DNA of 64,000 nucleotides from Chiloscyllium plagiosum (taxonomy: Eukaryota): assembly GCF_004010195.1 (NCBI RefSeq), contig NC_057720.1, positions 24,702,901 through 24,766,900 of the forward strand, read 5' to 3'. Shown in pieces: positions 1 through 13,620 of this stretch. Within the stretch, counting starts at the first letter, position 1. Every line of letters begins with the position of its first letter. Under the pieces are notes generated by a model, which was given only the letters and a program-made list of their open reading frames with translations, ran no database searches and was not told where the DNA came from. The position numbers were made by a program, and so were the translations under genes.

Positions 1-240
1 GCTGGTGGGGGCGGAAGTGGTGGTGACAACGGCAGTAGGGATGGCGGAGGTCACTGAGCATGTGGCATCAGCGATGATGTGAGGGGCGGAAGTGATGTCA
101 CGTGTGATGCATGAGGAATTGTGAGGGGTGGAAGTGGTTGTGGGAGTGGCCATGATGGTTGCGGAAGTGACATCATCAATCAGCATGGGGGTGGCAGCTG
201 CATCCGCCGCATGGCTAATGGTGTCTGAGTAGATTCCGAG
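1..240 (-). mobile_element. Thr/Ser/Ala-rich open frame, probably the low-complexity linker of a Penelope-like element ORF (runs off window edge)
   Basis: Minus strand reads LGIYSDTISHAADAAATPMLIDDVTSATIMATPTTTSTPHNSSCITRDITSAPHIIADATCSVTSAIPTAVVTTTSAPTS with no stop and repeated TSA(P) units. CpG-rich and abruptly joined to a CR1 relic at ~241. Family assignment is from recall only. Confidence 0.45.
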
Positions 241-546
241 GCTTCTTATATTCTTTACTCAGCTAATAAAGTAGGTATACCATCTGTCTTCTTAACCACA
301 TTACTTATTTGTCCTTCTATTCTTCCAGGTGTTTTATAAGCTGTTCCATTGTTTTGGAACTTTGAAGAAAAATCAAACAATGACACTTAAAAACAAGTGG
401 AAAGAATGAGAGCAGGTACCACATGGGAGGTGAAAACAAGGAGCAGTGAACCTGCACAGCTGACTGACCAGGCGTTGAACTTTTACAGCTGACTGCCTGT
501 TCTGTGCAGTTACAAGCATCTCTGGATATCAGAGTTCAGTCTACAC

Positions 547-760
547 AAAGCATACATGGAATGAACTGCCAGAGGAAGTAGTGGAGGCTGGTACAATTAC
601 AACATTTAAAAGGTATCTGAAGGGTATGAGAATAGGAAGAGTTAAGAGGGATGTGGGCCGAATGTTAGTAAATAGAACTAGATTAATTTAGGATTTCTGG
701 TCAGCATGGATGAGTTTGATCAAAGGGTCTGTTTCTGTTCAGTACATCTCTCTGACTATG
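547..760 (+). mobile_element. CR1 LINE 3' end fragment
   Basis: TGGAATGAACTGCCAGAGGAAGTAGTGGAGGCTGGTACAATTACAACATTTAAAAGG (WNELPEEVVEAGTITTFKR) followed by the CR1 3' UTR and CT(C)TATGA-type tail shared with many other copies here. Confidence 0.85.
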
Positions 761-1904
761 ACCTGCGGACACGCAATCTAATTTCCTTCTATTTTCCAAG
801 AATTCTTACTATTTTAACATTTATTGACCTGATCAATTGTTATAAATTCAGAGGAAGGTTTACAAAATGCTTTGCTCAGAGCTCATCCATGGTTTCCATA
901 AATCTTCCACTGAAATTATAGGGGACCAGGGAATTCCCAGAATGAATATTAGCAAGTTATTCAGCTACTGGAGCAGTAGAGCCAGACATGACTCTGTTCT
1001 CATTCAGTACCATACAGACCCTCCCAAAGTGTAGAAATGTTAGCACATTTTCCCACTCCCTATTACAAAAGAATTGATGTTAATTAGAGTACTTTCTTGA
1101 CTAAGGTAACCGACAACATAGTAAACCAGAGACCATCTTGACCTGGTGGCTCAGTTCCACATGAGCCATTACCTTAACTAATATAGCCCTAATGAGACTT
1201 AGCAATAATTATTATTTGGATACATGGTTGGACTGTAATCTATAAACCTCTGGTGTGAAACTCCATGGTATAATAAGCCACTGTGCAATGCCATAATTCT
1301 GTTGAAAGGAACTTGCCAATGTAACAAGCCCTGTATAAATTAGATGGTTTTGACAGCTGACACACTAACATGTACAGGAAAACTTCTCTAGATGTAGAGC
1401 TGGAACTGTGTGCATTGGGAGATGTCTCAGATGTGAAATGTTGCACAAGCGAGGTTGGAGGATGATCCTGGTCATGAGCTGATGCTGTAACAATTGTAAT
1501 TTTTACTCTGCAGTGCTGGTATTGTGTTATACACAAGACCTGTGTAAGTAATGTATTTGAGTTTAGCACCAACGTGTTTTTTTCTCTTGGACACATACTT
1601 AGTAGCTTCTTTTTGACTTATTGATTTTTTTTTCCACTTCTACTCAAAACATAACTTTAAAGTTGTGCCTGGATGTTGGTTTGACATAATTTATGATGAT
1701 TCGACTCACAAAGCTGCTTAAAATGTTTCTGGTATTTATCCTTTGTAATCTGTGTTTTTAATCTGTTAACTTGTTTTTTGCAAAGATCGTTAAGGCAATA
1801 CTAAGGGTCAGCATGTTCTGGATAAGGCTGGCAGTCTAAGAGGTCTAGTTTTATGTATGTGAGATTGTTCTCCTCCCTTCCTCCTGGCAGATTGACAGAC
1901 TTTA

Positions 1905-2190
1905 TTTACAGTAGTGCCTCAATTTCTATGGAACATTGCTATGCTTACTACTACAATTCAAAGAGGCAATTTCCTTTCAGTTAACTTACACATCAAGCAA
2001 GGAAGTATTTACTTTGGAAAGGACTAAGGATTTGGCACAAGATACATGGAGCTTATGGAAATTTCCTCAAGATCCCGCATTTAAGGGAACAAACCTGGAT
2101 GCGAAGACGCGCAGTTTTATTCATCATGCCTGTATTGGTGGGATTATCCAAACAATGATCCAGGACACCAACACTCATGTGATGGCTACA
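1905..2190 (+). mobile_element. Possible highly decayed Gypsy integrase zinc-binding region
   Basis: Frameshifted pieces VVPQFLWNIAM / AYYYNSK / ARKYLLWKG / KDLAQD resemble the LVVP..LR..H....T....FYW..M..DV pattern. Weak. Confidence 0.3.
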
Positions 2191-2907
2191 TAATCCTTCT
2201 TGCAATGTTGCAAGAAGCCCTATCTTTTCAATTAAATGTAACAATGGGAGAGTATTAGATATTTAAAATTGAAGACAGAGATTTTCTTATGAAGCTTTAC
2301 CTTGACCTTTGTCCCAAAGTCAATAAGAAAAATGCCTTTATATATTTTTAAGACAGTGGTGGAGCTGAGCACATCATAGTTATGGAAATGTACAATCTAT
2401 GTGTAAGTTTACATTTTTACTTTATGGGAAGTGGACATCATAGGAATGCAGATATATCAATCAAACTTACACTATTGTTTTCAGCAAGAATAAGCAGGCT
2501 GGAATCCATCGTGTAACTTCTCTTGAATTTATGTAGCACCATGATGCAATGCAATGTGCATGCTGAGGTTTTTCACTGTCTAGCCTCTTGACCATAACCA
2601 GTGCACCATCAAAAGCTTCAACTTCATCATTAGTCAAATGTAATTGTCACAAACAATAGCAAAAGTCTGGAATGGTCTTCTCAGAAAATATGTGGAATCT
2701 GAAGTTTTCAAGATTGAGGTGGAAAGGTATTTGTTAAATAAAGGACATCTAAGGACATGGTGTAAAGATGTATAATTGGGGTTGTCGTAAAGAACCACAA
2801 GATCAAGCTAATTGAATGACAAGAAGGAAGGTTCAAGACATTAAATAATGAGGGGTATCAATAAAGGGAATAACAGGTGTCTTTTCCCTAAGGTGGGGGA
2901 TTTCAAA

Positions 2908-3805
2908 AGCTGGTGACATGGAGGAGAGGTGGTGCTGGAAAAGCACAACAGGTCAGGCAGCATCCAAGGTGCAGCAGAATCAATATTTCAGGCATAAGCC
3001 TGTCATGGTGACATGGTGCAATGAGAACCACGTCTCTCTCAATGTCGGCAAAACTAAAGAACTGATCATTGACTTCAGAAAACAAGGAAGAGAACACGTC
3101 TCTGTTTAAATCATCGGAACTGAGATTGAGAGGACAGAGAGCATCAAGCTCCATGGATAACCGACAACTTGCCCTGGACTTCCCACATAGATGCCACAGT
3201 CAGAAAGGCACAACCATGCCTCTTCTTCCTCAGGCTGTTCCGGAAATTTGGCATGTATGTAAGAACCCTCACCAATTTCTACAGATGCACCATTGAAAGT
3301 ATACTGTCCGGGTGCATAACAACCTGGTATGGCAAATGCTCTGCCTGGGATTGTAAGAAACTACAGAAGGTGATGCGCACAGCCCAAACCATCACGATAG
3401 CCAACATTCCATCCATGTACTCCACTTACACAGCTCACTGCCACAGAAAGAATGCTAACATCATCAAAGACACTTTGACCCTGGTAATGATGTCCTCCAA
3501 CCTCTTCCATCAGGCAGAAGATATAGAAAGCTGAACCCACTCCAGAAGGCGCAGGAATAGCTTCTCCCCTGCTGTTATCAGACTGATGGATGGATTCTCT
3601 AGCCTAAATAATACTGATCTTGCTAAAGCTGATCTCGGCTAGTGTACACCCCACACAATATAACCTGTATGCTTCAAAATCTTTTGATCAGTACATTCTT
3701 GCTTACTATGTACTGCTATGTAAATCATTACGGCCTGTACTGCTTGTAAACAAAGCTTTTCACTGTACTCTGTACACATGATAATAAATAAATCAAACAA
3801 TCAAT
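2908..3805 (+). mobile_element. Rex1/Babar-type LINE 3' portion (RT C-terminus and 3' UTR)
   Basis: WCNENHVSLNVGKTKELIIDFRK and LPWTSHIDATVRKAQPCLFFLRLFRKFGM...LTNFYRCTIESILSGCITTWYG; ends AATAAATCAAACAATCAATCAA. Confidence 0.85.
2922..3005 (-). mobile_element. Short Penelope-terminus-like element (family A), decayed
   Basis: GGTGCTGGAAAAGCACAACAGGTCAGGCAGCATCC...TTTCAGGCATAAGCC flanked by 11-bp direct repeat TGGTGACATGG (2911-2921, 3006-3016). Confidence 0.75.
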
Positions 3806-4686
3806 CAAGACTAGGGGACATATTTTTAAGGTGAGAGGAGAAAAAAAGACATGAAGGGCAATTTTACACAGAGATTGGTTCGTGTGTGGAATGAACTGCC
3901 AGAGGAAGGAGTGGATGCGAGTATGGTTACAACATTTAAAAAGCATTTAGATAAGTACATGAATAAGAAAGGTTTGGAGGGATGTGGGCCAAGCACAGTC
4001 AGGTGGGACTAGCTTGGTTTGCGATTATGGTTGGCATGGATTGGTTGGGCCAAAGGGTCTGTTTTGTGTTATATGACAATATGACTCTATAAGAATTCTA
4101 CTCCCGTTATAATGTTCCTAAAAATGGAATATATTACAAGATAACTTTAATGCCAGGAACAATAGGATCTAAGCTACAATCAGAAACTTAATATATTCTT
4201 AATACGAAAGTTTTATCAGGCCCGATTCTGGTAGATTGGCATCTGTAAGCAAATTGATTATAAAATAAGTAAAATGTTTATAGTCTTTGGAAATGATCAA
4301 TTATCACAATTGTCAGCATGTGATGCCAACAACTGTGCACATGTAACTGGATAAATAGCTGCCACTTTTCTCATTTTCTGATTGGGTCTACAGGGCCTAC
4401 TTAGTCGAAATGTTAGAGGTAAATCACTAGGTAGTCTAACGAAAATATGCCCTTGTCTCAAACAAAGGTTAGTTTATTGCGTGATGGCAATCAGTTGCAA
4501 GTTACATTAGTAAGTTGGACATTGATACTAAAACTTTTGGGAGACTTAGAATAACAGACCTGTTCCCCTTATAATTTTAAGATATTCTGCCTTTTCCAGT
4601 CACCCGCAATTAAATAATCAAATTGTATTGAGCTTAATATTAAGCTCAGAATTAACCCTTTAAAATTCATCACCTTCTGCTAACGC

Positions 4687-5720
4687 AGAGGCCTGTGACC
4701 AGTGGAGTGCCACAAGGATCGGTGCTGGGTCCACTACTTTTCATCATTTATATAAATGATTTGGATGTGAGAATAAGAGGTATAGTTAGTAAGTTTGCAG
4801 ATGACACCAAAATTGGAGGTGTAGAGGACAACTAAGAGGGTTACCTCAGATTACAACGGGATCTTATCAGATGGGCCAATGGGCTGAGAAGTGGCAGATG
4901 GAATTCAATTTCGATAAATGTGAGGTGCTGCATTTTGGGAAAGCAAATCTTAGCAGTACTTATACACTTAATAGTAAGGTCCTAGGGACTGTTGCTGAAC
5001 AAAGTGACCTTGGAGTGCAGGTTCATAGCTCCTTGAAAGTAGAGTCGCAGGTAGATAGGATAGTGAAGAAAGTGTTCAATTTGCTTTCCTTCATTGGTCA
5101 GAGTATTGAGTACAGGTGTTGGGAGGTCACATTGCGGCTGCACAGGACATTGGTTAGGTCACTTTTGGAATAATATGTGCAATTCTGGTCTCCTTCCAAT
5201 CGAAAAGATGTTGTGAAACTTGAAAGGGATCATAAAAGATTTACAAAGATGTTGCCAGGGTTGGAGGATTTGAGCTATAGGGAGAGATTGAATTGGCTCG
5301 GGCTGTTTTCCCTGGAGCATCGGAGGTTGAGGGGTGACCTTACAGAGGTTTATAAAATCATGAGGGGCACAGATAGGGTAAATAGACAAGATCTTTTCCC
5401 TGCGGTGGGGGAGTTCTGAACTAGAGGGCAGAGGTTTAGGGTGAGAGGGGAAAGATATAAAATGGACCTAAGGGCAACCTTTTCACGCAGAGGATAGTAC
5501 ATGTATGGAATAAGCTGCCAGAGGAAGTGGTGGAGGCTGGTACAATTACAACATTTAAAAGGCATCTGGATGAGTATATGAATAGGAAGGGTATGGAGCA
5601 ATATAGGTCGGGTGCTGGCAGGTGGGACTAGACTGGTTTGGGATATCTGTTTGGCATGGACAAATCGGACCAAAGGGTCTGTTTCCGTGCTATGCATCTC
5701 TATGACACTATGACTCTATG
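4687..5720 (+). mobile_element. CR1 LINE, 5'-truncated ([12 protein letters not shown]...FADD region to 3' tail)
   Basis: [22 protein letters not shown]...[31 protein letters not shown]; tail CTCTATGACACTATGACTCTATG. Confidence 0.95.
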
Positions 5721-6339
5721 TTAATGATAATGGTCAAATAAACAATCACTCATCAAGGGTTAATTAACTGCATAGATTAGTTTATTTAAACCACATTATA
5801 AATTATAATGAAGGCATTAAAGGAAAGCAAAGAACTATGAATACTTGAAATCTGAAGAAAGGTCTTAATGGACTCTGCTTTTTCTCCACAGATGCTGCCA
5901 TACCTGTTAGTTTCTCCAGCAATTTCTGCTTTTATAAAAGGAGAAATATTGCTTTCTTGGTAATGTAAAGGTAAAGCACATTAACTGAAAACTAACATGG
6001 TATACACCACAGCGGATCATGGAATCCATAAAGATAAAGTCTCTTAACTGCTAAATGTGTATAAAACATCCCCATTTTTAGACAAAGAAAGTTTAAATAA
6101 TTACAAATCACACGAGCCTGTCAGGCTTTACAATGCATAAGTAATTTGCTGTTTTGATCTTTAAGAGCTTCTATGTCTTTTTAAAGCTCATGATTATCAA
6201 ACTAGTCTAATTCTATCAAAGTTTTAGCCTGCTGTTAGTCCAGTATATATTTTTTTCTTTATACTCTGTTCTAATAATTGTTCAGTGTCCTCAACTTCAT
6301 TTTTTTGTCTGTTTAATTTCTTTAGAGACTTGACCTCTC

Positions 6340-6790
6340 CCAGTTTCCAGGATTGGAGGATTTGAGCTCTAGGGAGAGGCTGACTAGGCTTGGTCTGTCT
6401 TCACTGGAGCATTGGAGGCTGAGGAGGTTTATAAATTCATGAGGGGCATGGATAGGTTAACAGTCAAGGTCTTTTCCCCAGGTTGGTGTAGTCCAAAAGT
6501 TAGAGGGCATTGATTTAAGGTGAGAGGGGAAAGATTTAAAAGGGACCTAAGGGGCAACTTTTTCACACGGGATTGTGCGTGTATGGAATGAGCTGCCAGA
6601 GGAAATGGTGGAGGCTGGCACAATTACAATATTTAAAAGCCATCTGGATGGATAAGTAAATAGGAAGTGTTTGGAGAGATATGGGCCAAATGCTGGAAAA
6701 TGTGACTAGATTAAATTAATATAACTCTTTGGCATGAACAAGTTAGATTGAAGGCTCTGTTTCTGTGCTGTACATCTCTATGACTCTATT
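6340..6790 (+). mobile_element. CR1 LINE 3' end
   Basis: PGLEDLSSRERLTRLGLSSLE...; standard 3' UTR; tail CTCTATGACTCTAT. Confidence 0.9.
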
Positions 6791-8729
6791 TTTGTTCTAG
6801 TGATTGTCAGGTTTCCTTCATGCCCTACTTGAATGCTTTCACAAGACCATCAGTACTGGTATGTATTTCTATAAGGATATCTCATCAATGTTTTGCAGCT
6901 CTTTGTTGTATCAAAGTTTTAGCCTGCTGTTCCTCTCCACCTGTTCCTCCAACATTACTTCAAATTCAAATCAATGTTTCCGTACCTGCTTCTGCTGAGC
7001 CTATTCTCTTTTATATTTTGGTTACTCCAGATCTTCCTGTAAACTGGCAATCTTTTCATTAGTTTGATGATGCAGAGCTTGTCGTTAATCTTGCTTCTTT
7101 CTTTCTTGCTCAGCTTGAGTTGAATGGAGGTGTCCTCTGATTCATCATCTCATAGATGGTATTCTCAAGTTATGATTTATCCTGAGCCTTTTCCTCCTGA
7201 AATTCCATTTTTTTCTCCATAGCTGAGAATTTAGCTCCAATAATTCAAAAGGAAATGCAATGTTGCATTCTTCTTTTATGTTCAGTTCTACAAATGCTTC
7301 TTCAATTGACAGATGCGGTTCCCGTTGTGCCTGTGATGTCTGACTGATTCCATAGATTGTGAATAGTGCAAAGACACAGCATACTTGCATAGGTGCAAAT
7401 GCTGGTTCAACAGTGTCTTCAATGTAGAATATCTGCAATATTTCAGTTCATTGGTTGTATTTACTGCATTATTAACATGGAATTGGTGAACCATTGTATA
7501 CTAAATGTTTTGCATTTATGGATTTCTTCATGGCTTCCTGTGTCAATTAGTATGTCTCTTAGAATTTGCAGGGATGGTATATTGACACTTGCCTCTCTGT
7601 CAAATTTAGCCATTTTTATTTTTGCCTTTGAGATTTGTAACATCATCAGCTATAGTGCAAATTAAATACAAAGGTATGCTTATTTGTTCAGGTTCTGATT
7701 TAATGTCTAATTTCGAAGCAATTGTGAATCTTAAGAACTGTTTTCTCTAACAAGTTCAATTCTGTGCTCTATTTAGACCATATCTGAAATTAAATCTTCC
7801 TAACAATATTACCTCCCTTGAATTGCTCTCAATTGCTCCTTAATATGATTATTCATTTTTCTCACTTCAAAGTTTTGCAACTCTACAGTGTTACTGACTC
7901 AAAATTCTGGAATTTCCATCTATTGGGAATTGTGGGTCAAACAACAGCATGTGAACTACAGGCAGTTCAAGAAGGCAGCGCACTACCATATTCTCAAGGG
8001 ACAGACAATAAATACTAGACAATGAGCGACGCCAACTTCTCATGAAATAAATAAAAAAAATTACATCCTGGTGAAGGTGAAAGACTTGAAAATCCTGGGT
8101 ATACGTATTTATGTTGATCTGAAGTGGGAAAATCAAGGAATCTGTATGCTTTCAAAAATAAAGAGATGTTCATCCTCAGATCCATCTTCCTTTCCAGACT
8201 ACGTATCCACGCTCTATTACTGTTCTTCACTGGTTACCTCTGTCCCTGCGTTGAGCACACTGTGCTTTTGTGACACCCTGGTCTCTCAGAACACAAACCA
8301 CCTAAATTCAAACAATATAGAAGCATGTGTTCAGTGTGATGTTTGGATCTCAATACCAAATTTCATGGCACAAAGTTCAAAAATCTACAAACAAGGAGAA
8401 TTAGCATTTCTGTTAAATTCAGCAATTATTTGATGCAATCCATCTAATTTCAGAGCTGGTTACCCTCACCATACCCAGAGCAATAAAGATAACTTTGACG
8501 TTTGTCTGAATTAAACCCCATGAGTCGCAGAATAAGACGGTAGTGATATAATCCTACAGTTCAGATTCTCAATGAAGTACTTAAATTATGTAATTTATAC
8601 ATGCTTTAGGACCTATAATGTAAAAATAGTGAATTGGTTTGTAACTTTAATATAACTTTATTACAGCATTATCCTTATTTTAATGTCCTGTTAAATGTCC
8701 TGGCTAACTAACAGGAAACAACAAAGATG

Positions 8730-9526
8730 AATGGGTCATAGTCAGGAGGGCAAACTGCAATCAATGGAGAACTACAGGAATCAGTCCTGGAGCTTCAACT
8801 ATTTAGAAGCTAAGTTAATGACTTGGATGATGGGACCAGCTGTACTGTAGCCAAAGTTCTTGACCTTACAAAGCGTGATAAGGCTAAAAGAATTCTGCAG
8901 AGAGAAACAGATAGGTAAAGCAAATGAGCATGGAATTGGCAGATTCAGAACTTACACACTTTGGCACATAGAATAACAAAGGAGACTATTATTTAATTGG
9001 TTAGAGACCACAGAATGTTGCAATATCAAGGGATCTGGATGTTCTTGTGTATGAATGATAAAAAGTCAGCAGGCAGGTCCACCAAGTAATTAGAAAGGCA
9101 AATAATATTGGTATTTTTTGCAAAGGAGATGAGCATGAAAGTAAAGAGGTCTTAGTACAACTTTACGGGGCATTAGTGAAATCACACCTAAGGTACTGTG
9201 CATAGATTTGCCCTACTTAACGATTTACATACTAGCTTTAGAAACCGTTCAGAAAAAATTCTGAAGAAGAGTCACTGAACTCAAGCATTTACTTTGTTTC
9301 TCTCTCCATGGATGCTGCCAGACCTGCTGACTTTCTTTAGCCATTTCTGTCTTTGCTTCAGACAAAATTTACTCGGCTGATTCCCGGCAAGAGCAGCTCA
9401 TTTCATAAGGAAAATGTAAGTAGAGTAAGCCTTTATTCATTGGACTTTAGAAGATTGAGAAGAGATCTAATTGTAACATATAAGGTTATGAGATAGGTTG
9501 ACAGGATAGATGCAGAGGGGTGGGGG
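8730..9526 (+). mobile_element. Older CR1 RT fragment carrying an inserted family C short element (9261-9356)
   Basis: Decayed QESVLELQLF...NDLDDG...AKFL; VKSHLRYCA. Insert starts CTGAAGAAGAGTCACTGAACTC and is flanked by TTCAGA(A/C)AAAATT near-duplicates. Confidence 0.7.
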
Positions 9527-12259
9527 CAGGGCTGAATTTTCCCAGCCATTGAATAATGTTAGCATTGGTGAGAAAGCTGGAATAATATAGGGAAATCTCT
9601 GATGCCAAGAGGAAAACGTTCCATTTTCTAACCAAATGTTTGAAGAGCAAGATGTCACACTTGCTAGAGATTGCCAGACGCCTTTTTATTATTAATTCAT
9701 GGGACATAGATGCTGCTGGCTGGCAAACCCAGGAAACCCAGGCGATCCCACCGGTGTTTAATACTTTGCCTGTTTGCAAGCATCCAGTTTATTTACTGGT
9801 AACTCGAAGTGGTTTCTAACTTTTATCAACTGTAGCAGATAGCATCACACTGTAGAAGAATGCAGGTAATACATTTTGAAACATAAACATACCTACTTTG
9901 GAACTCTCTGGATCAGAAAGAAATTGAGTTGGGCCTATACAAGATTTTTAAGGCAGGAGGAGATAGATTCTAGTTAGGCAAGAGGATCAAATTTGATCAG
10001 GCGATAGATGGGAATGCGCAATTTGGAACACAAACAGATGTGTGTGATCTTACTGATGGCAGAACAATCTTGAAAGGTCAAATGGTCTATTTCTGTTCCT
10101 AGTTTGTATGGTCACAAAGCAGAATGTTAAGCTGAGGTGGAACAGGTCTCACAGCACCTTTTTGCAGAGTGAACAGATATCTCTCCAAAATCAGGTCCAG
10201 TGTATGCCCAACAACTGCCATCATTATTTGCAGATCCAAGTATTAGTTCTCACACTGAAGTGTTAACTTGGAAACCTTTGCTATCCCGCTCTTTGGCCAT
10301 ATGAGTCATTTGGCAGACTTGATCCTTGTGACAGAATTTCTGTATGGAAATTAATTTCCTTTGTTGTTAATGTGGAGTATTTAAATTTCAAATTAGATCA
10401 CACTAAAGTCACAATATATTTGAGAATTCATTCCAAGACACATCGAGTGGGTTTTGATTTGATTCAGTTTAAAGAACAATATAGTCTTCGAGAGGATAAT
10501 TATGCTATTGTTCTGCAGGAACAATGATAATAGATTTATTGGTATTTCAGAAATGCGTCAGTGACACATAATTCATTTAGTAGGTAAAGGGGTGTATTTT
10601 TGGATTTAACTGATAATAAGAAATGGTAGAATTTAACATGTAAACAGAATTTAGCTTCATTCTTCAATAAATAAGCAAAAAATTCTGAAAATACAACATG
10701 TATCAGTCAACAACTAGTAGAGATTGGAAATTAATATTTTAGCAGGCACTTTTCATTAACTTCTTAAGAAATTTGTCCTTGACATCATCCTTGACTTATC
10801 TTAAACTGACCTCTTTAAACTTCCAGTATTTTTTTTGTTCTTACTTTCAGATTTACAGCATCCGTGCTTTCTTTCTCTGGGTCATGCATTGTGAAAAATG
10901 AAAAGGCAATAATTTCAATCGTTGTTATATAATAAAAAACATGCTGCTAAAGGTAACAAATTAAAACATCGACAGCCAGGCTATGTTCCTGTCCATTCAG
11001 TATTAGTCCTGTACTTCCTTTATCCCAGTCTCCGGTAGCACTAACCCACCCAACCCAAAGACCCCTATCGAGTTCAGACTTCCTTCCACACGGCCGCCTC
11101 CAGTGTTAGCTAAAATCATTAGTCAGTCTTAGTTGTTTTTGTGACTATTTCCTGTGCAAATCCCTTCCTGTGCACTGGGACACAATACTGACAGAAAGAA
11201 CATTTTCCACAGTCTCTGCCAGTCATCACTGCTTTTTCCCAACCTGGAGATTCGCCTGTTTCACTCACATCTTTCTCCCTGTGCCACAGGCTGCACTGCT
11301 GCAAACAGATGTAATTATCGCTACATTAATGTACTGTTTGGTTCTATGTTGCATAAAACAACAACTCCAAAACTTGTTCAGAACAACTTAATGAATTTTT
11401 CTGGAATTGTCAGCAGCGTAAGGGTTAAGACTGTCTGCTAGAAATTATGGAATTAGCAGCACAAAAAGATAACATTATTGAGGTGGATTCAAAGCTGTCA
11501 AAGGTAAAGATGAACCTATACCTTTCCCATCTAACCTTGAAGCAAAAAGTAGGGGATGTTATGCCATTCTGTTGCTCAAATGATAAATTTAGGCAGACTG
11601 CATGAAAAATTGATATGGCAAAGCATATAATTGAATTTGTAATGATAAGAATATTTGAAAAAGGAGCAGCAGAAGACCCTCAGGCCCAGAAAGCCTGCTC
11701 CACCTTTCAATGTGATCTTGGCTGGTTTTATAGCGTTAAGTTTTTACAGGTTAATGTGTGTTACTGTGTAAATAACACCTCCCATTATGGTATTATAAAA
11801 AACACATGACTGAGACACTTGGAGGGAAAATGATCAGGCTTCACCAGTGAATGACCTCTTCATGAAGAGTAGTATACAATCAAATAGAGGTTGCTTGAAC
11901 ATACCAATAGTTCAGTAATCATTCCCAAGCTTAAATGATTAACGTACAACACAAAGTCAGTAGTGCTGGGCTGGAAACAGAGTTTTAAGCAAGTTGAGAA
12001 AGTGATGCCAAAACTGCAGAACTCAGGAACAGACAGTTGAGGAACTCTAAAGTCGCCTCTTAGACAAATAGAGGTCTTAAGGGTCAGGAAATCAACTTTC
12101 AAAGTCATTCAAGGCTGCACCACACGTGCATGGTGGTCTGTGAAGAAAACTCCCCTCCATTGATTACAAGCTGTAAATCAGAGACCCAAGCAAATATCAT
12201 GGATTTGGTGAGCCACCCTACACTTATACTCTCACCAAAACCTCATACAATTGTAGCAA

Positions 12260-12599
12260 GATTTCTTTATTTTTATATTCCAGTCCACTTACAATAAAGG
12301 CCAACATGCCATTTACTTTCTGAATTGCTTGCTGTAACTGTAAGCTAACATTTTGAGTTCTTTGTCCGAATACACGTTTAAATCTCTCTGGCTATCAACC
12401 CTTACAAGTTACATAACTTTCACAAAATACTTTGCATTTTTGTTCTTTCAATCAAAGTGAATAATCTTTCATTTCCCCCATTATACTTTATCTGCCACTG
12501 TTACTTATTTTCTGTCAATTCTTTTGCAACTTCTTTGTGGTGATGTCACAGCATATATTTTTACCTAGCTCAATAGCATCAGAAAACCTTGATATGCTA

Positions 12600-12632
<33 letters not shown>

Positions 12633-13620
12633 AATGTGGAACTGCTGTTCCCTTATGATGAACCAATCCTCTATCGATGCTAATAAATCACACCCAACTC
12701 TATGATCATTTATCTTGTAAATTAAGCTGTTGTGCAGCACCTTATAGGAAGCCTTTGACTGGCTGATTAGCTTTTTAGTTACATGTTCAAAATGCTCAAA
12801 CAAATTTGCAAATGGGTTTCTCTTTCTTAAAGCTATGTTGATTTTCTAAACATGCTTTGGTTTCAAATTGTATTATTAAAACTTCCTTCATCGAAGATTT
12901 TAGCAAGGAGCCAATGACTGAAATCAAGTTGATTGTCCTGAAGTTCACTATTGGGTCTCTCTTTCCTTGCTGGAAAGTGTTGTTATATTTGCTGACTTCC
13001 AATCTGCTGAGACCATCTACTAAGAAGATGATTTTATTCTTTGTTCAACGTCTGCTATTTCCTCATTCCCTGCAATATGTCTGATGTCTCTCCTTCTAAT
13101 GGACCAATTTTTTTTAGCTACACTCTTACTTTCTATATGCTTGTAAGCTCTCTTACAATCTGTATTTTATTCTGGCTAGGTTAGTATTACAATGCATTCT
13201 TTCCCCTTTATATAATTTCAGATTTCTAAAACACTTTCCATCAAACTTCTTTACAAAATAAGTCTCTTATTTTCTTTGAATACTGGCCTTTACCTTCTTA
13301 GGAATGCACAATGGATCTTTTTTTGCTGTGTTTTTGTTCTACAACCTAATGTATTTCTGTTGAATATTTTGATTTGTTTCTGTTTATTTACTGTCATAAA
13401 TTTGAGACTCTTTACCCAATGAGTCTTAGACAACTTTCCCTTCATATCTATTTAATTGATTTTGTTTAAGTTTAAGATTCTCATTTGAAATTTGCAGTAT
13501 GTCACTTTCAAACTTTATGTGGAATGCAGTTATATTACAATCACTATTTCTTGTGCATCCTTTACTATTACATTACTAATTATTCCTGCACCATTACACA
13601 ATACTGGATCTACGCGGGAG
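12260..13620 (-). mobile_element. Old CR1 LINE fragment (RT and upstream ORF2 region), with a (CT)n tract at 12599-12632
   Basis: Minus-strand ORFs NFRTINLISVIGSLLKS...QHSFKKEK and KASYKVLHNSLIYKINDHRVGCDLLASIEDW are decayed CR1 RT motifs. Confidence 0.75.

Larger units (their letters stand above)
2845..4090 (+). mobile_element. CR1 3' fragment (2845-2907 and 3806-4090) interrupted by a Rex1/Babar LINE
   Basis: CR1 sequence ...CTTTTCCCTAAGGTGGGGGATTTCAA resumes at 3805 as TCAAGACTAGGGGACATATTTTTAAGGTGAGAGG and runs to the ATGACTCTAT tail. Confidence 0.8.
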
